NCBI GenBank assembly: GCA_963664875.1
Contig: OY761611.1
Location: forward strand, 2,720,001-2,784,000
Reading direction: 5' to 3'
DNA length: 64,000 bases
From: Candidatus Kapaibacterium sp.
Lineage (GTDB): Bacteria; Bacteroidota; Ignavibacteria; Kapaibacteriales; UBA2268
Shown here: positions 31,388-41,871 of the stretch, piece by piece
How positions within the stretch are numbered: the stretch's first letter is position 1
Layout of the letters: the number at the start of each line of letters is the position of its first letter
Made by a program: the position numbers and the translations under genes
The notes under the pieces: generated by a model
The model's input: only the letters and a program-made list of their open reading frames with translations
Told to the model about the DNA's origin: nothing
Database searches by the model: none

Positions 31388-32485
31388 TTAATTTTTTACT
31401 TTAAGTTCTCTCTTATAAAGCAAATCTGACAATGGAGTAGCAGCCCCCTCTGGTTGTTGAATAAAAAATCCCAAAGTATAAGACAATACAATAGAGTTTA
31501 TGTCTTTTGGATAATAGAGTATTACAGATCCTACAAAAGTCCTGCCTGTAGGTATCCATCCCCATGTATTATAAAAATATCTACTTGGTGAATTTGAGTC
31601 ATCCGGTATTGAAGTTGATAAAGGTGCCTCATCTAAAATATCTCCTGCATCATTAGACAAAGTTACAGACCCATAAGGTTCTAACTGAACATCTTTATCT
31701 ATGCCAGCTGTAATCTCTGCAGTCACAAGTATTGAGGTAAGAGATTTAATAGTTCCTTGCCCATAAGCTCTTCCAGTGGCAAAAATGCCCATACCTTCAA
31801 CACCCAAAAAGTTAAATCTTAATTCGCTAGTACTAAAACTTTTACCTTTCATTTCAGACAAATTAAATTCGGCATCATATTGTGACGTATTAAATAAGGA
31901 AATTACACTATTCCACAGATTAGATATAAATCCAATATTAGATCCGTTAGATTTGGCAGAACCATCATCTTTAGAAGCTGGGCACTGTAGTCCCGATAAC
32001 CTAAGGCTTCCAGTTGCTTTCCCACTCACACCAGCGCCGCCGCCACTGTTTGCGGACTGACTAACTGCAACCGCAGTGGCACTATCACCTACACCATAAA
32101 CAGGAGCATCCTGATCGATTGGTCTTCCCAAGAAATTCATTTTCTCTTGATCCCAAAGCGATGGTTCTTGGATAACGCTATTGTTATTACCACTTCCATA
32201 CCCGCCACTCGGAATTTGAGAAACGTAGTAACCTGGCAACGGTTTTATGTAGTCAGTTGTTTTATTTTGTAATCTATCTGCTGTAACTACAACAACTCCC
32301 TTATGACCGGAACTTTCACATATTATATCCTCATCATTAGGCACATCAGATCCAACCAACAAATAATCTAAATCTCTATGTTTTTCCGGAGCAAGCCCAC
32401 TCGGATCGCCAAACATAATAGGATTGTTATACCCATAGCTATATGGTGAGTAGCCCGGGAATGCTTCAAAGAGCGGATCTTGTTT
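31388..32485 (-). pseudogene. Orphan Rhs core tail plus C-terminal toxin-like domain
   Basis: Begins QDPLFEAFPGYSPYSYGYNNPIMFGDPSG, the end of the Rhs-associated core with the DPxG site. The ORF-track GTG lies inside the ugd terminator, so there is no credible start. Followed by two lipoproteins. Confidence 0.8.
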
Positions 32486-32499
32486 GCTACTCAAACGAC

Positions 32500-32522
32500 A
32501 AAAAGGCACTGAGCGTGCCTTT
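32500..32522 (-). terminator. Terminator after ugd, abutting the Rhs fragment
   Basis: Minus strand AAAGGCAC-GCTCA-GTGCCTTTTT. Confidence 0.8.
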
Positions 32523-32587
32523 CTGTAAGTAGAGATATTTAGTCTTTTAGATGCATTATTATTATAATTATCATCTATGGGATAAAT

Positions 32588-33925
32588 TTACCCATTTACG
32601 ACTCTTCTGCCGATACTTCTATACTCAAAGCCGTGTTTTTCCATTTCTTCCAAATCGTAAAGGTTTCTGCCGTCAAAAATCAAAGGCATTGTAAGTGATT
32701 GCCTTATTCTGTCAAAATCTGGCTTGCGGAACATAGTCCATTCAGTTGTTATAATCAGGAAATCGGCTGATTCGAGGCACTGATAGGCATTCTCTGCATA
32801 TTCTATTTTGTCTTCAAATCGTATTTTTGTGTTTTCCATGGCTTCAGGGTCATAAGCTCTAACGCTTGCACCTGCCTCGAGTAAACTGTCAATCAAAGTA
32901 AAAGCGGGAGCTTCGCGTGTATCATCGGTGTCCGGCTTAAATGCTAAGCCCCAAATTGCAATTTTTTTGCCTTTGAGATTGCCGTCAAATCTTGCTTCAA
33001 TATTTCCAAAAAATCTATGGATTTGCTTATAGTTTACATCCTGAGCTGCTTTGATAATTTCGAGAGGTGTTCCTGCCTCTTCCGCAGAATAGACCAACGC
33101 TCTTACGTCTTTGGGGAAGCAAGAACCACCGTAGCCAATACCGGCGAAGAGAAATCTTTTACCTATGCGTGTGTCCGAACCAATCCCGAAACGTATTTTA
33201 TCTATATCGGCTCCGACCTTTTCGCAGTAAGCAGATAAATCATTCATAAATGAGATTTTGGTAGCAAGGAAAGAGTTTGCGGCATATTTGGTAACTTCAG
33301 CACTCTTTTCATCCATAATAATAATAGGGTTGCCGGAGCGAACAAAAGGTTCGTAAAGGTCTTTCATCGTTTCACCAACTTTTGCGTTTGATGTACCGAT
33401 AACTACTCTTTCGGGTTTCATTGCGTCTTCCACCGCAAAGCCTTCTCTAAGGAATTCGGGATTGCTAATGATATGTACATTGTGTTTGCCGAGCACATTG
33501 TCGAAAATTGCTTTAACTTTGGCAGCAGTCCCAACAGGAACAGTGGATTTGTTAACGCAGATTTTTTCTTCAGTAATGCCGTCCTGTTTGATGATGTTAG
33601 CAATATCTTCAGCTACTTTCAGCACATGGTGCAAATCCGCCGAACCATCTTCGTTAGGAGGAGTAGGCAGACAAAGGAAAATAATTCTGCTTTGGTGAAC
33701 AGCATCCCTCAAATTAGTAGTAAAATTCAATCTGCCGTCTTTAATATTACGAGTCATAAGCACATCTAACCCCGGTTCGTAGATGGGGCAAATGCCCTGC
33801 TTCATTTTAGCAACTTTATTTTCGTCTATATCAACGCACAAGACTTGATTGCCTGTGGCAGCGAAGCTTGTACCGGAAACCAACCCGACATATCCTGTGC
33901 CGATAACACCTATTTTATATGACAT
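32588..33925 (-). CDS. ugd: UDP-glucose 6-dehydrogenase
   Basis: IGTGYVGL, KSTVPVG, SNPEFLREG, GYGGSCFPKD and WGLAFKPDTDDTRE. Confidence 0.96.
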   Translation of the reverse strand: MSYKIGVIGTGYVGLVSGTSFAATGNQVLCVDIDENKVAKMKQGICPIYEPGLDVLMTRNIKDGRLNFTTNLRDAVHQSRIIFLCLPTPPNEDGSADLHHVLKVAEDIANIIKQDGITEEKICVNKSTVPVGTAAKVKAIFDNVLGKHNVHIISNPEFLREGFAVEDAMKPERVVIGTSNAKVGETMKDLYEPFVRSGNPIIIMDEKSAEVTKYAANSFLATKISFMNDLSAYCEKVGADIDKIRFGIGSDTRIGKRFLFAGIGYGGSCFPKDVRALVYSAEEAGTPLEIIKAAQDVNYKQIHRFFGNIEARFDGNLKGKKIAIWGLAFKPDTDDTREAPAFTLIDSLLEAGASVRAYDPEAMENTKIRFEDKIEYAENAYQCLESADFLIITTEWTMFRKPDFDRIRQSLTMPLIFDGRNLYDLEEMEKHGFEYRSIGRRVVNG

Positions 33926-33988
33926 TATACTACCTAATTTATGTTAATCAACTAAAATCAATTTGATAAAAATAAGGAATTTTGTGAA

Positions 33989-34132
33989 TTAGATTTGCAT
34001 CAATTTGTAGAATGCAAGAATCAAAATAGCCAAAACGGCAAACAATATTCCTATTTTCAAAAGCTTTTTGACGATGAAAACCACCGCTAAAAAAGCTATA
34101 AACACAACTGCAGCAATTACTACACCTGACAT
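33989..34132 (-). CDS. Small two-helix membrane protein (not in ORF track)
   Basis: MSGVVIAAVVFIAFLAVVFIVKKLLKIGILFAVLAILILAFYKLMQI*, 47 aa: two hydrophobic stretches around a KKLLK loop. Confidence 0.6.
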   Translation of the reverse strand: MSGVVIAAVVFIAFLAVVFIVKKLLKIGILFAVLAILILAFYKLMQI

Positions 34133-34386
34133 TTTTCACCGGTTCAAATATGTTTACAAATCTGTATAAATCATCATACGATACAAATTTACAATTGTTT
34201 AGACAATAAGGTTAGACCTATACGATACTATGTTTTTTAAAATTTTGCAATTGTAATTATTATACTAAGTGTTATTAGCATAGCAACCGGAAGACCAGCA
34301 AAGAGCATTTAAGTAAAACGACAAAGGACATACTCCGACAATAAAGTAGAAATATGTCCCTGATCCTCCAAATAATCTTTCTGAGC

Positions 34387-35199
34387 TTATTTAAGCACGA
34401 AGTTTAGGTCTAAAGTGCCCACCATCATTTCTTCTGTGTCGAGCGGATTAAATCTCCACTGACGCAATGCTCTGATAGCTTCTTTTTCTAATTCGGGATC
34501 GGATTTTTGAAGAGGCACTACTCTGCTCACTATTCCATTACCCTGCACATAAAGTTTAAACTTCATGCTGGCATGGAATTGAGAATTTTTTGGAAACTTT
34601 GGAGTAACTTTATTCATGAGTTTCCTGTTTCCGCCGCCGCCCCACTCTATATTACCAAAGCCATTACCTGCACCTTTGCCGACACCTTTATCGCCAAGAC
34701 CTCTGCCTGTGGGCGAGCCGTCTTTTTTGCCAATGCTTTCTGCATCGCTGCCGCCTTCTTCGCCTGCAAGTGCCTTGTCTGATTCTACTTCGTTCACAGC
34801 CACAACATTGATAGATTCACCTAACTCGGCAGTTGCCGGACTGTCTGAAACTTTAGTTTTAGCTGCAATTTTCGCATCATCAAGGTTAGTAGAAGGTATG
34901 TCACCTTTGTGAGCTTTACCTTCTTCTTGCAGATTACCTTTGGATTTGCCGGTACCGTCACCATCTCCGAATTTCAAAGTCGTCAACTTCACCGGGATAG
35001 AAGTGATTTTTTCTCTCACAACCGGAGGTTCGAACTCAAACATCTGAGTAAACAGCAAAAGCGAAAAGGTAACAACACAAGCTACCACAAAGCCACGTGC
35101 GGTGTTTTTATCCCAAGGTAGCTTTATTTGTATGTCGTTTGTCTGCTCATGTCTTGAAGTATGTACCATAACCTTACCTACTTTATTCTGTCGATCCAA
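34387..35199 (-). CDS. Energy transducer TonB-like protein
   Basis: N-terminal TM segment, Gly-rich linker, TonB_C-like domain (LEKEAIRALRQWRFNP). Confidence 0.85.
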   Translation of the reverse strand: MDRQNKVGKVMVHTSRHEQTNDIQIKLPWDKNTARGFVVACVVTFSLLLFTQMFEFEPPVVREKITSIPVKLTTLKFGDGDGTGKSKGNLQEEGKAHKGDIPSTNLDDAKIAAKTKVSDSPATAELGESINVVAVNEVESDKALAGEEGGSDAESIGKKDGSPTGRGLGDKGVGKGAGNGFGNIEWGGGGNRKLMNKVTPKFPKNSQFHASMKFKLYVQGNGIVSRVVPLQKSDPELEKEAIRALRQWRFNPLDTEEMMVGTLDLNFVLK

Positions 35200-36764
35200 G
35201 TTTGTGCAAATCCATATCTCATGGCAGCATCTCTTGCATCATCTTTTGATTTAAAATTTCCAAATCTTACTCTATACCAAATCACATCTCTAATTTTCTG
35301 AGTGGAGATGCGTGGATTGTCAACATCCATACCCTTCAAATTATCCAACCAAGTTTCTGCGTCATCTTTTGACGGAGAAGCATAAATCTGCACTGCATAA
35401 AGTGCTTCAGGGGCTTCCTGCTCCACAGGTTTTGTTTTAACAGCAGATGTTGTTTTTTTATTAGTACGTACTGTATTGCTGTGAGTTGCAAGGTCTTTGG
35501 CGACCGGCTTTGATTCTTTGCGTACCATCGGAGCAGTTGGTTTTGCTTCGACCGGCTTAGCCGCAACTTTCACAGTCTCTTTATGTTCTTCTTTAACTGT
35601 TTCTTGCTTTATAGGAGCAACAACAGGCGTTTCATGTGGTTCATGAGTTGTTGTATGCTCTTCATTCTTTGGTACCTCATGCGAAGCGAGGTCTGTATTA
35701 GTAGCTTCAGCATGTTGCTCTTCGTGCTGTGACTCTTCATGCGACACGGGTTCTTCGTGAGCAATCGCGTGTTCGTCTTGCTCAGTATGTTTGTCTTCAG
35801 CAGGAGCTTCTTCATGTTTTTCTTCATGGACTGCTTCAGCAATCTGAGTTTCTTCAATCATAAAGTTTGGATAGTACCAATACTGAAATACTCCTAAACC
35901 TAAAGCTGCCAAAAGAACTGCAGCAGCAGACGAAATACTTATATTCCTAAAAAGTTTTGATTTTTTCTTAAGAGGCTTTTGCTCTATTACAGGCTCGGTT
36001 TTTTTGACCTTTTCTTCAGCAGAAGCCTGTTTATTCTCATCAGCATCAAGAGCAGTAATATCTACAAATTCTGTTTCTGCTACCTGCTCTACCGGTTTGA
36101 AGTCTTCCGGATTTGCAAGAGGAATCTGATCTATATCTTCTGTCTTAGATTCAATTTCTTCTCTGCGAGCTTTAGAGCGATTGATTTCCTCTTCTAACAT
36201 TTGTTTCAAATCTTCATCGAGAGACAATGTTACTTCATTGTCGTCTGCAGAAATGTCGGAGTCATCTTCCGGAGCCTCAAATAAATCAGGAGTATCATCT
36301 TCCTGTGTTACTTCCGGTTCTGGCTCTGAGTTGTCAAATCTTAGATCATCAGGAATTTCTTCATCATCTTCGAAAGCCGGCAAATCTTCTTCGGCATTAG
36401 GTTCTTCCTGTGTAATTTCTTCCACAGTGTCAGCTATTGCCTCTTCTTCTTCAACTGAGGCAACCACTTCGGAAACAGCAGGGGCAGGGTCATCATCGAA
36501 AGCATCCCATACACTGCCGCCCTCAGGCGTTTCAATAAGAGGTGCTTGAGTTATTCCATCTGCATCAAGATCCAAACCTGAGGAATATTCTATCTCTTCC
36601 GGCTCCACATACTCTTCTATAAGAGCTTCAGGAGCAGAGTCGAATTGAGGCACCTCTTCGGGATAATCTTCTTTGAGTGCAAAGATATCACCATCGGGCT
36701 CGCTGAGTCCGAAGCCGCTGAGCTGCTCTTCAGGTTTTAAAATATTTGGATCAAATCCCGGCAT
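35178..36764 (-). CDS. SPOR-domain membrane protein with long acidic N-terminus
   Basis: D/E-rich N-terminal half, one TM segment, His/Glu-rich linker, SPOR domain (YAVQIYAS..WYRVRFGNF). Confidence 0.85.
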   Translation of the reverse strand: MPGFDPNILKPEEQLSGFGLSEPDGDIFALKEDYPEEVPQFDSAPEALIEEYVEPEEIEYSSGLDLDADGITQAPLIETPEGGSVWDAFDDDPAPAVSEVVASVEEEEAIADTVEEITQEEPNAEEDLPAFEDDEEIPDDLRFDNSEPEPEVTQEDDTPDLFEAPEDDSDISADDNEVTLSLDEDLKQMLEEEINRSKARREEIESKTEDIDQIPLANPEDFKPVEQVAETEFVDITALDADENKQASAEEKVKKTEPVIEQKPLKKKSKLFRNISISSAAAVLLAALGLGVFQYWYYPNFMIEETQIAEAVHEEKHEEAPAEDKHTEQDEHAIAHEEPVSHEESQHEEQHAEATNTDLASHEVPKNEEHTTTHEPHETPVVAPIKQETVKEEHKETVKVAAKPVEAKPTAPMVRKESKPVAKDLATHSNTVRTNKKTTSAVKTKPVEQEAPEALYAVQIYASPSKDDAETWLDNLKGMDVDNPRISTQKIRDVIWYRVRFGNFKSKDDARDAAMRYGFAQTWIDRIK

Positions 36765-36771
36765 AACTTAC

Positions 36772-38400
36772 CTAAAATTGCCACATAACACCAGCAGAGG
36801 CGAAAAGACCTCTTTCTTTATAAGTATTCCAAATGTAAACATTTGAATTTAGCAAATTATCAAATTTAAGGAAGACTGAAAAATCATTGTTGATTTTATA
36901 GTCAGCTCCAATCATTAGCTTATTAAACGAGTCAATTTTAATAACATTTTGTTGGTCTGCGGAGCGTTCCCCTACATAAACCAAACCAATTTCTGTGCCA
37001 ATTACTTCAGCCCACAGCCTTCTGTAATTGATACCAAGCTCTATAGGAGCATAATACGGAATATTTTGGTCATAATCATCAGAATTTGCGGCACGAACCA
37101 TTATTTTCATGGTCATTTTGTCCATCTCCGTTGGCGACCAAAATGCTTCTGCATTCAAACCAATTATTGTTGCATCCATATATTCCACATCAAACATAGA
37201 ATGATTGAAAGTAGAATCCGATAGCGCCAGTGGTACAAAAGCCGGCAATCTTTCAGCTTTTTTAAATTCTATACCCGCACTAACTGCAAATTTCTGATTA
37301 GGATGATAAGTAACGCCACCTTTAATCAAGCCAATATTATAGGGCATATCGGTGATTGCATTTGGATTGATGTACGGATTATATTCTGCCATATCATAAA
37401 AGAAATTTTTATCAAGCCCGCTTTCTATGCTTCCGTTTATAGTAATATTTTTATTTAGTCTATATTCTATATTGCCGGCAAGCAAAAAGCCTGTTCTGCT
37501 TTCATCGATAGATGCATTAGCCAGCTGTAGCCCTGCTTTCAGTTTGAAAGTAAGCAGTTCATTGGAGAATGCACCATGCCCGTCTATCTGAATCATCTTT
37601 GCTGACGAACCGTTGGTAGCGTGCATATCCAAATCTATATTTGCACCCAAAAAGTATTTTTTATAAAACGACTCTACTCCTACATAACCACGAAAAGAGT
37701 TATCAAAACCATCGGCATAATCGCCTGAAAGCTGAAGTGTTTTAAAAAAGGCTCCGGTTTTGAATTGATACCCGTCATAATCACCATCTACATCGACTCC
37801 GAACTTAAAATTCATTAAATTTCGTTCGTCAGCGATCGGCATAGGATATAATTTATACCCCCTGTTTCGAAAATCCAGATAGGTACGGGTTCTACTGCCA
37901 CCAAATATCCAAAATTTGGAAGGAGCTATATAGTCAGAAGAGATTTTTAGAAACATATCGCTGTAGCCTGCGTTATCGATATGACCATCGCTTAGCTCCA
38001 TACCTGCATTGCCGTATAATTCATAACCTTCGTAGCGTAAACCGTAGCCACCTTCGAGCTTTGGCGTGAGGAAACTTCCCCCATCGAGTCTGACAAAACC
38101 GTGTGCATAATCAGTTGATATGATATGATCAGGGGTTTCGCCGGGCGGCAAAAGCATAGTTTGTTGTTTTTCTAAAGAATTAAGAGAATCCAACTCACCT
38201 TTTTTCAAAGGTACAAGCTTTTGAGGATCTTGCTTTTCGCTTGCTTTTATTTCAGCCTGATAATTGCCGATTATATTAAGTCTCGGCAGTTCGTACGGTT
38301 CCGAGGCACTACTATTTGAGCGTTCCTGAGTGGTCTGAGCCGGTAAGGTAACATAGCCTGTCACACAACATAAAATAGCTGCTATAATATACTTTTTCAT
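36772..38400 (-). CDS. TonB-dependent-receptor-like outer membrane beta-barrel
   Basis: Signal peptide, alternating beta strands, FDNLLN, terminal Phe; follows a long TPR gene as in Bacteroidota. Confidence 0.75.
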   Translation of the reverse strand: MKKYIIAAILCCVTGYVTLPAQTTQERSNSSASEPYELPRLNIIGNYQAEIKASEKQDPQKLVPLKKGELDSLNSLEKQQTMLLPPGETPDHIISTDYAHGFVRLDGGSFLTPKLEGGYGLRYEGYELYGNAGMELSDGHIDNAGYSDMFLKISSDYIAPSKFWIFGGSRTRTYLDFRNRGYKLYPMPIADERNLMNFKFGVDVDGDYDGYQFKTGAFFKTLQLSGDYADGFDNSFRGYVGVESFYKKYFLGANIDLDMHATNGSSAKMIQIDGHGAFSNELLTFKLKAGLQLANASIDESRTGFLLAGNIEYRLNKNITINGSIESGLDKNFFYDMAEYNPYINPNAITDMPYNIGLIKGGVTYHPNQKFAVSAGIEFKKAERLPAFVPLALSDSTFNHSMFDVEYMDATIIGLNAEAFWSPTEMDKMTMKIMVRAANSDDYDQNIPYYAPIELGINYRRLWAEVIGTEIGLVYVGERSADQQNVIKIDSFNKLMIGADYKINNDFSVFLKFDNLLNSNVYIWNTYKERGLFASAGVMWQF

Positions 38401-38405
38401 GGCAA

Positions 38406-41400
38406 TTATTCTTCTTCTTTTTTCAAATTTTCAATCATTTTAGCTATTCTTTTTAGCCTCTGTTCTGCAGTTTTTGCGAAATCATCATCAATTCTGATTT
38501 CTTTGAGCACAGTATATATTTCTTCTGCTTTCTGATATGCTTCTGTGTTTTCATAGCATTCGCCTAGAGCTAATAAACCATAAGAATACCAATCTTCGTA
38601 GCCTGCAAATTTCTCTTTAAGTATTTCAAGTTCTACGATGGCAGAATCAAGATTTTTTTCACGCATATACATCTCGCCGAGGCGATATTGAGCCTCTGCT
38701 GCAAGGAGTAGATTATATTCCTGCACAGCAAGAAGTTTGAATTCTGTTCTTGCAGAATCATTCCACTCTTTGCTTCTGTAATATTTGGCTACAAAATATC
38801 GGCTTTGCAAACCATATTCCAAACTGTCAAATGCAGCCGCTACACCTTTGTACATCTCCACAGCACTTAAAGTATCGCCCGTGTTGTATTTCAATATGGC
38901 TCGCTCGAAGCCTGCCTGAGCAGAGCTTTCGTGCGTTGGATACTTGGTTTGAAGTACAGAAAATATTGAATCTGCTTTCTGAATGTCCGTACCTGATGCT
39001 TCCATAAGTCCATGTTCTAAAATAGCTATAGGAGCATACTCTGATTTTGGATATTCTGCTACTATTCTATCAAGAGTTTTCACTGCTTCAGGTTTGTCAT
39101 TCATTGAGATATAGCTTTTTGCTTTTTGATAAAGCACTTCAGGCACTTTGTCAGAATCAGGATATTTATTGATAAATGCATCATATTCTGCTACTGCGTC
39201 TTTATAACGTTTGCCGGAATAAAACATATCTGCTTTTTTGAATGCAAGCCCTTCGGTAAATCTGGAATCAGGATTTTTTTCGATATAATTTTGCAAAATT
39301 TCTACTGCTTCTGCCTCTCTACCCAAAGCTATAAGGCAATACTCCATAGATTTCAGAGATTCATTTGCCAAACCATGAGTCGGGTAAGTTTCCCAAACAA
39401 ATTTGTATTGATTAAGAGCTGTTTCGTATTCACCTTTATTATAATATGCATCTGCTATGTTATAGTAAGCATCAGGAAGCAGTTCGCTATCCGGATATGC
39501 CTCTATCATAAATTCATAGTCTTGAATGGCTTCATCATATCTTTCCTGATGGAACCTAATTTTACCAATTAGATTAAGAGCATAAGGTGCATATTTTTTA
39601 CGAGGAAATCGGCGAACAAATTCTAAAAGAGAAGTAACCGCATTTTCGTATTCGTGCATCATGTATAGGCAATGAGCATGCTGGTATGCAGAGTACTGCA
39701 CTTCGTCGGATTGAGAATTTATCTTAGCTGCCTTTTGGTACGCCTGTGCTGCAAGTTTATAATTTTTTATCCAGTAATATCCGTCACCCTGGCGAGTGAA
39801 TACTTCTACTGCATAATTAGATTTTGGATATTCCTGAATCATGGCTTCAAAAATATTTGATGACTGACTGAATTTTTGCTGACGGAAATAAGACCAGCCC
39901 AATCCGTAGTATGATTCTTCCCTTCTTTCGCTTCGAGGATATTTGTCTAATATTTTTTGATATGTTTCGGCAGAATTATTCAGCAAATCAGAATTATAAT
40001 ATGCCTCCGCTAACCAGAAAAAGCCTTCGTCGATTCTCGAATCTTTGAAAGACGATCCTGTATATGTAATCAGAACCGGGATTGCCTCAGCACTTCTATC
40101 TGCCCGCACAAGAGCTATGCCTTGTTTCAAGCGCGATTCTGCAAGGTACCATTCTTTTTGAGGCATGAAAATAATATTTGCCCTAGTAGCTAACTCTTCT
40201 GCGTTTTTGTAAGAATTAACCGCTTTGCTCCATAATCCCATTTCCATGTAAGAAGCACCAAGTAACAAATGAACACGAACAAGTACAAGTGCATCGTATG
40301 CCTCACGTTCAGCTCTTTCGAGCGTCCTTCTTGCTTTATCATAATCATTTTCTTCGTAGTACATCTGACCTAATTCTAATAGTATCTGGCCGAGATATGG
40401 ATAAGTCGGTTGCACTGATAGTGCTGCAAGTTCTTTCTGAGCCTGTTCTTTATTGCCGAGATTCTTCAAAGCTACGATTCTATATAGCTGAGCCGTAGCC
40501 TTTACTCTAAATTCGTCTTCTTTTGCTTTGTCGATTACACTGTCGTAGTAGTCCAAAGCTTCTTTATAATTTTCCAAGTGAAGTTGAGCCCAACCTGCAC
40601 CTAATCTGACGTAGTTCTCAATTTCAGAACCATATATGGTTTCCAAAAATGTTCTGAATACTTCTGCAGCTTTAGCATAGTTCCCTGAAAGATTATAGGA
40701 TTCGCCACGCAAATAGAGTATTTTTTCAAACGAATTGTCTGCAAAATCCTGCTCAGGATAACGCAAACCTTCTTCGTTTTGCGTACGAATATTTTCAATT
40801 ATGTTTTCAGTCCTCTCTAAAGAAAGCAAAGCACCTGAAAAATCTCTTAGTATGAGTTTGTTATTTGCCTTTCTTATGCCCGAAGCTACTATGCAGTTAG
40901 AGTAAGGATACCTCTTTTCGAGGTCTGTATATTGCTCAATAGCTTTGGTATAAAATTTATTTATTTCGTGATTTTGTCCCATAGCAAAAAGTGCATCATC
41001 TGCATATTCGCCGGTGGGGTACTTATTAGCAGCTAATTCGAAAACCTCTATCGCCTCCTGGTACCTTGCATTTTGATTGAGAGTGATACCTCTCCAATAA
41101 AGTGCCTGGTGAGCTATAGTATAATAGTCATCATCCTGACGCTCGAGGTAGTCGCGTTCGGCGAGCTCCACAGCCTCTCTGAAATAGCTTTCTGCCTCGT
41201 TGTATTCCTTTTGCTCGAATGCGATGTAGCCTCTCTGGAGTGCGGCGTATGGTACAAACGGAGAATTTGGTCTCACTTTGATAAACTCAGCAAGTCTGCC
41301 TTTGGCAATGTTGTAGTTGCCGGAAAGCAAATCAATATTTGAGTTTATCAAAACGGATAAATCACCTGAGACATTATCAGGATATTTTTTTAGAGTTTCC

Positions 41401-41561
41401 AAAAGCTTATATTCTGCTTTCCTGACAAGCTCAAAATCAAAATCTTTTTTAATCTTTGTGATTTCATCTGAGCCATATTCGTAAATATCAGGAAGAACTC
41501 CTGCATGACCTATACACCAAGCCATAAAGAAGTAAGCTATAACTGCTTTAAACCACTTCAT
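38406..41561 (-). CDS. Large periplasmic TPR-repeat protein
   Basis: Signal peptide plus many TPRs with xYPxS loops. Confidence 0.92.
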   Translation of the reverse strand: MKWFKAVIAYFFMAWCIGHAGVLPDIYEYGSDEITKIKKDFDFELVRKAEYKLLETLKKYPDNVSGDLSVLINSNIDLLSGNYNIAKGRLAEFIKVRPNSPFVPYAALQRGYIAFEQKEYNEAESYFREAVELAERDYLERQDDDYYTIAHQALYWRGITLNQNARYQEAIEVFELAANKYPTGEYADDALFAMGQNHEINKFYTKAIEQYTDLEKRYPYSNCIVASGIRKANNKLILRDFSGALLSLERTENIIENIRTQNEEGLRYPEQDFADNSFEKILYLRGESYNLSGNYAKAAEVFRTFLETIYGSEIENYVRLGAGWAQLHLENYKEALDYYDSVIDKAKEDEFRVKATAQLYRIVALKNLGNKEQAQKELAALSVQPTYPYLGQILLELGQMYYEENDYDKARRTLERAEREAYDALVLVRVHLLLGASYMEMGLWSKAVNSYKNAEELATRANIIFMPQKEWYLAESRLKQGIALVRADRSAEAIPVLITYTGSSFKDSRIDEGFFWLAEAYYNSDLLNNSAETYQKILDKYPRSERREESYYGLGWSYFRQQKFSQSSNIFEAMIQEYPKSNYAVEVFTRQGDGYYWIKNYKLAAQAYQKAAKINSQSDEVQYSAYQHAHCLYMMHEYENAVTSLLEFVRRFPRKKYAPYALNLIGKIRFHQERYDEAIQDYEFMIEAYPDSELLPDAYYNIADAYYNKGEYETALNQYKFVWETYPTHGLANESLKSMEYCLIALGREAEAVEILQNYIEKNPDSRFTEGLAFKKADMFYSGKRYKDAVAEYDAFINKYPDSDKVPEVLYQKAKSYISMNDKPEAVKTLDRIVAEYPKSEYAPIAILEHGLMEASGTDIQKADSIFSVLQTKYPTHESSAQAGFERAILKYNTGDTLSAVEMYKGVAAAFDSLEYGLQSRYFVAKYYRSKEWNDSARTEFKLLAVQEYNLLLAAEAQYRLGEMYMREKNLDSAIVELEILKEKFAGYEDWYSYGLLALGECYENTEAYQKAEEIYTVLKEIRIDDDFAKTAEQRLKRIAKMIENLKKEEE

Positions 41562-41871
41562 CGTTTCTGTTCTTATTTATTATATAATATAGTGCAGTAC
41601 CACTTTGCGAGATGGAATAGACGCCCAAGTATTGGGTAATCGAAAATGATACCTTATGCTGCTTTTAAAGATACAAAAAATAAGATGCAAATGCTAAAAA
41701 TATTTACATAAAATATCTTTTTCTTTGAGGCAACTGCTTTTAAGTTCGATAAGTTAGATAGATCGTAAAAATTTTGGATTTGTGTTGACATTTTTAAAAC
41801 TACTATGAACTATTTCAAATATAACGTATATTACTTTGTGAGATATATCAGAAAACAAAGGAACTTATTTT

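Noticed and set aside
33948-34139. 63-aa Cys-rich ORF from the track
   Set aside because: The alternative frame 33989-34132 gives a far more protein-like membrane peptide.
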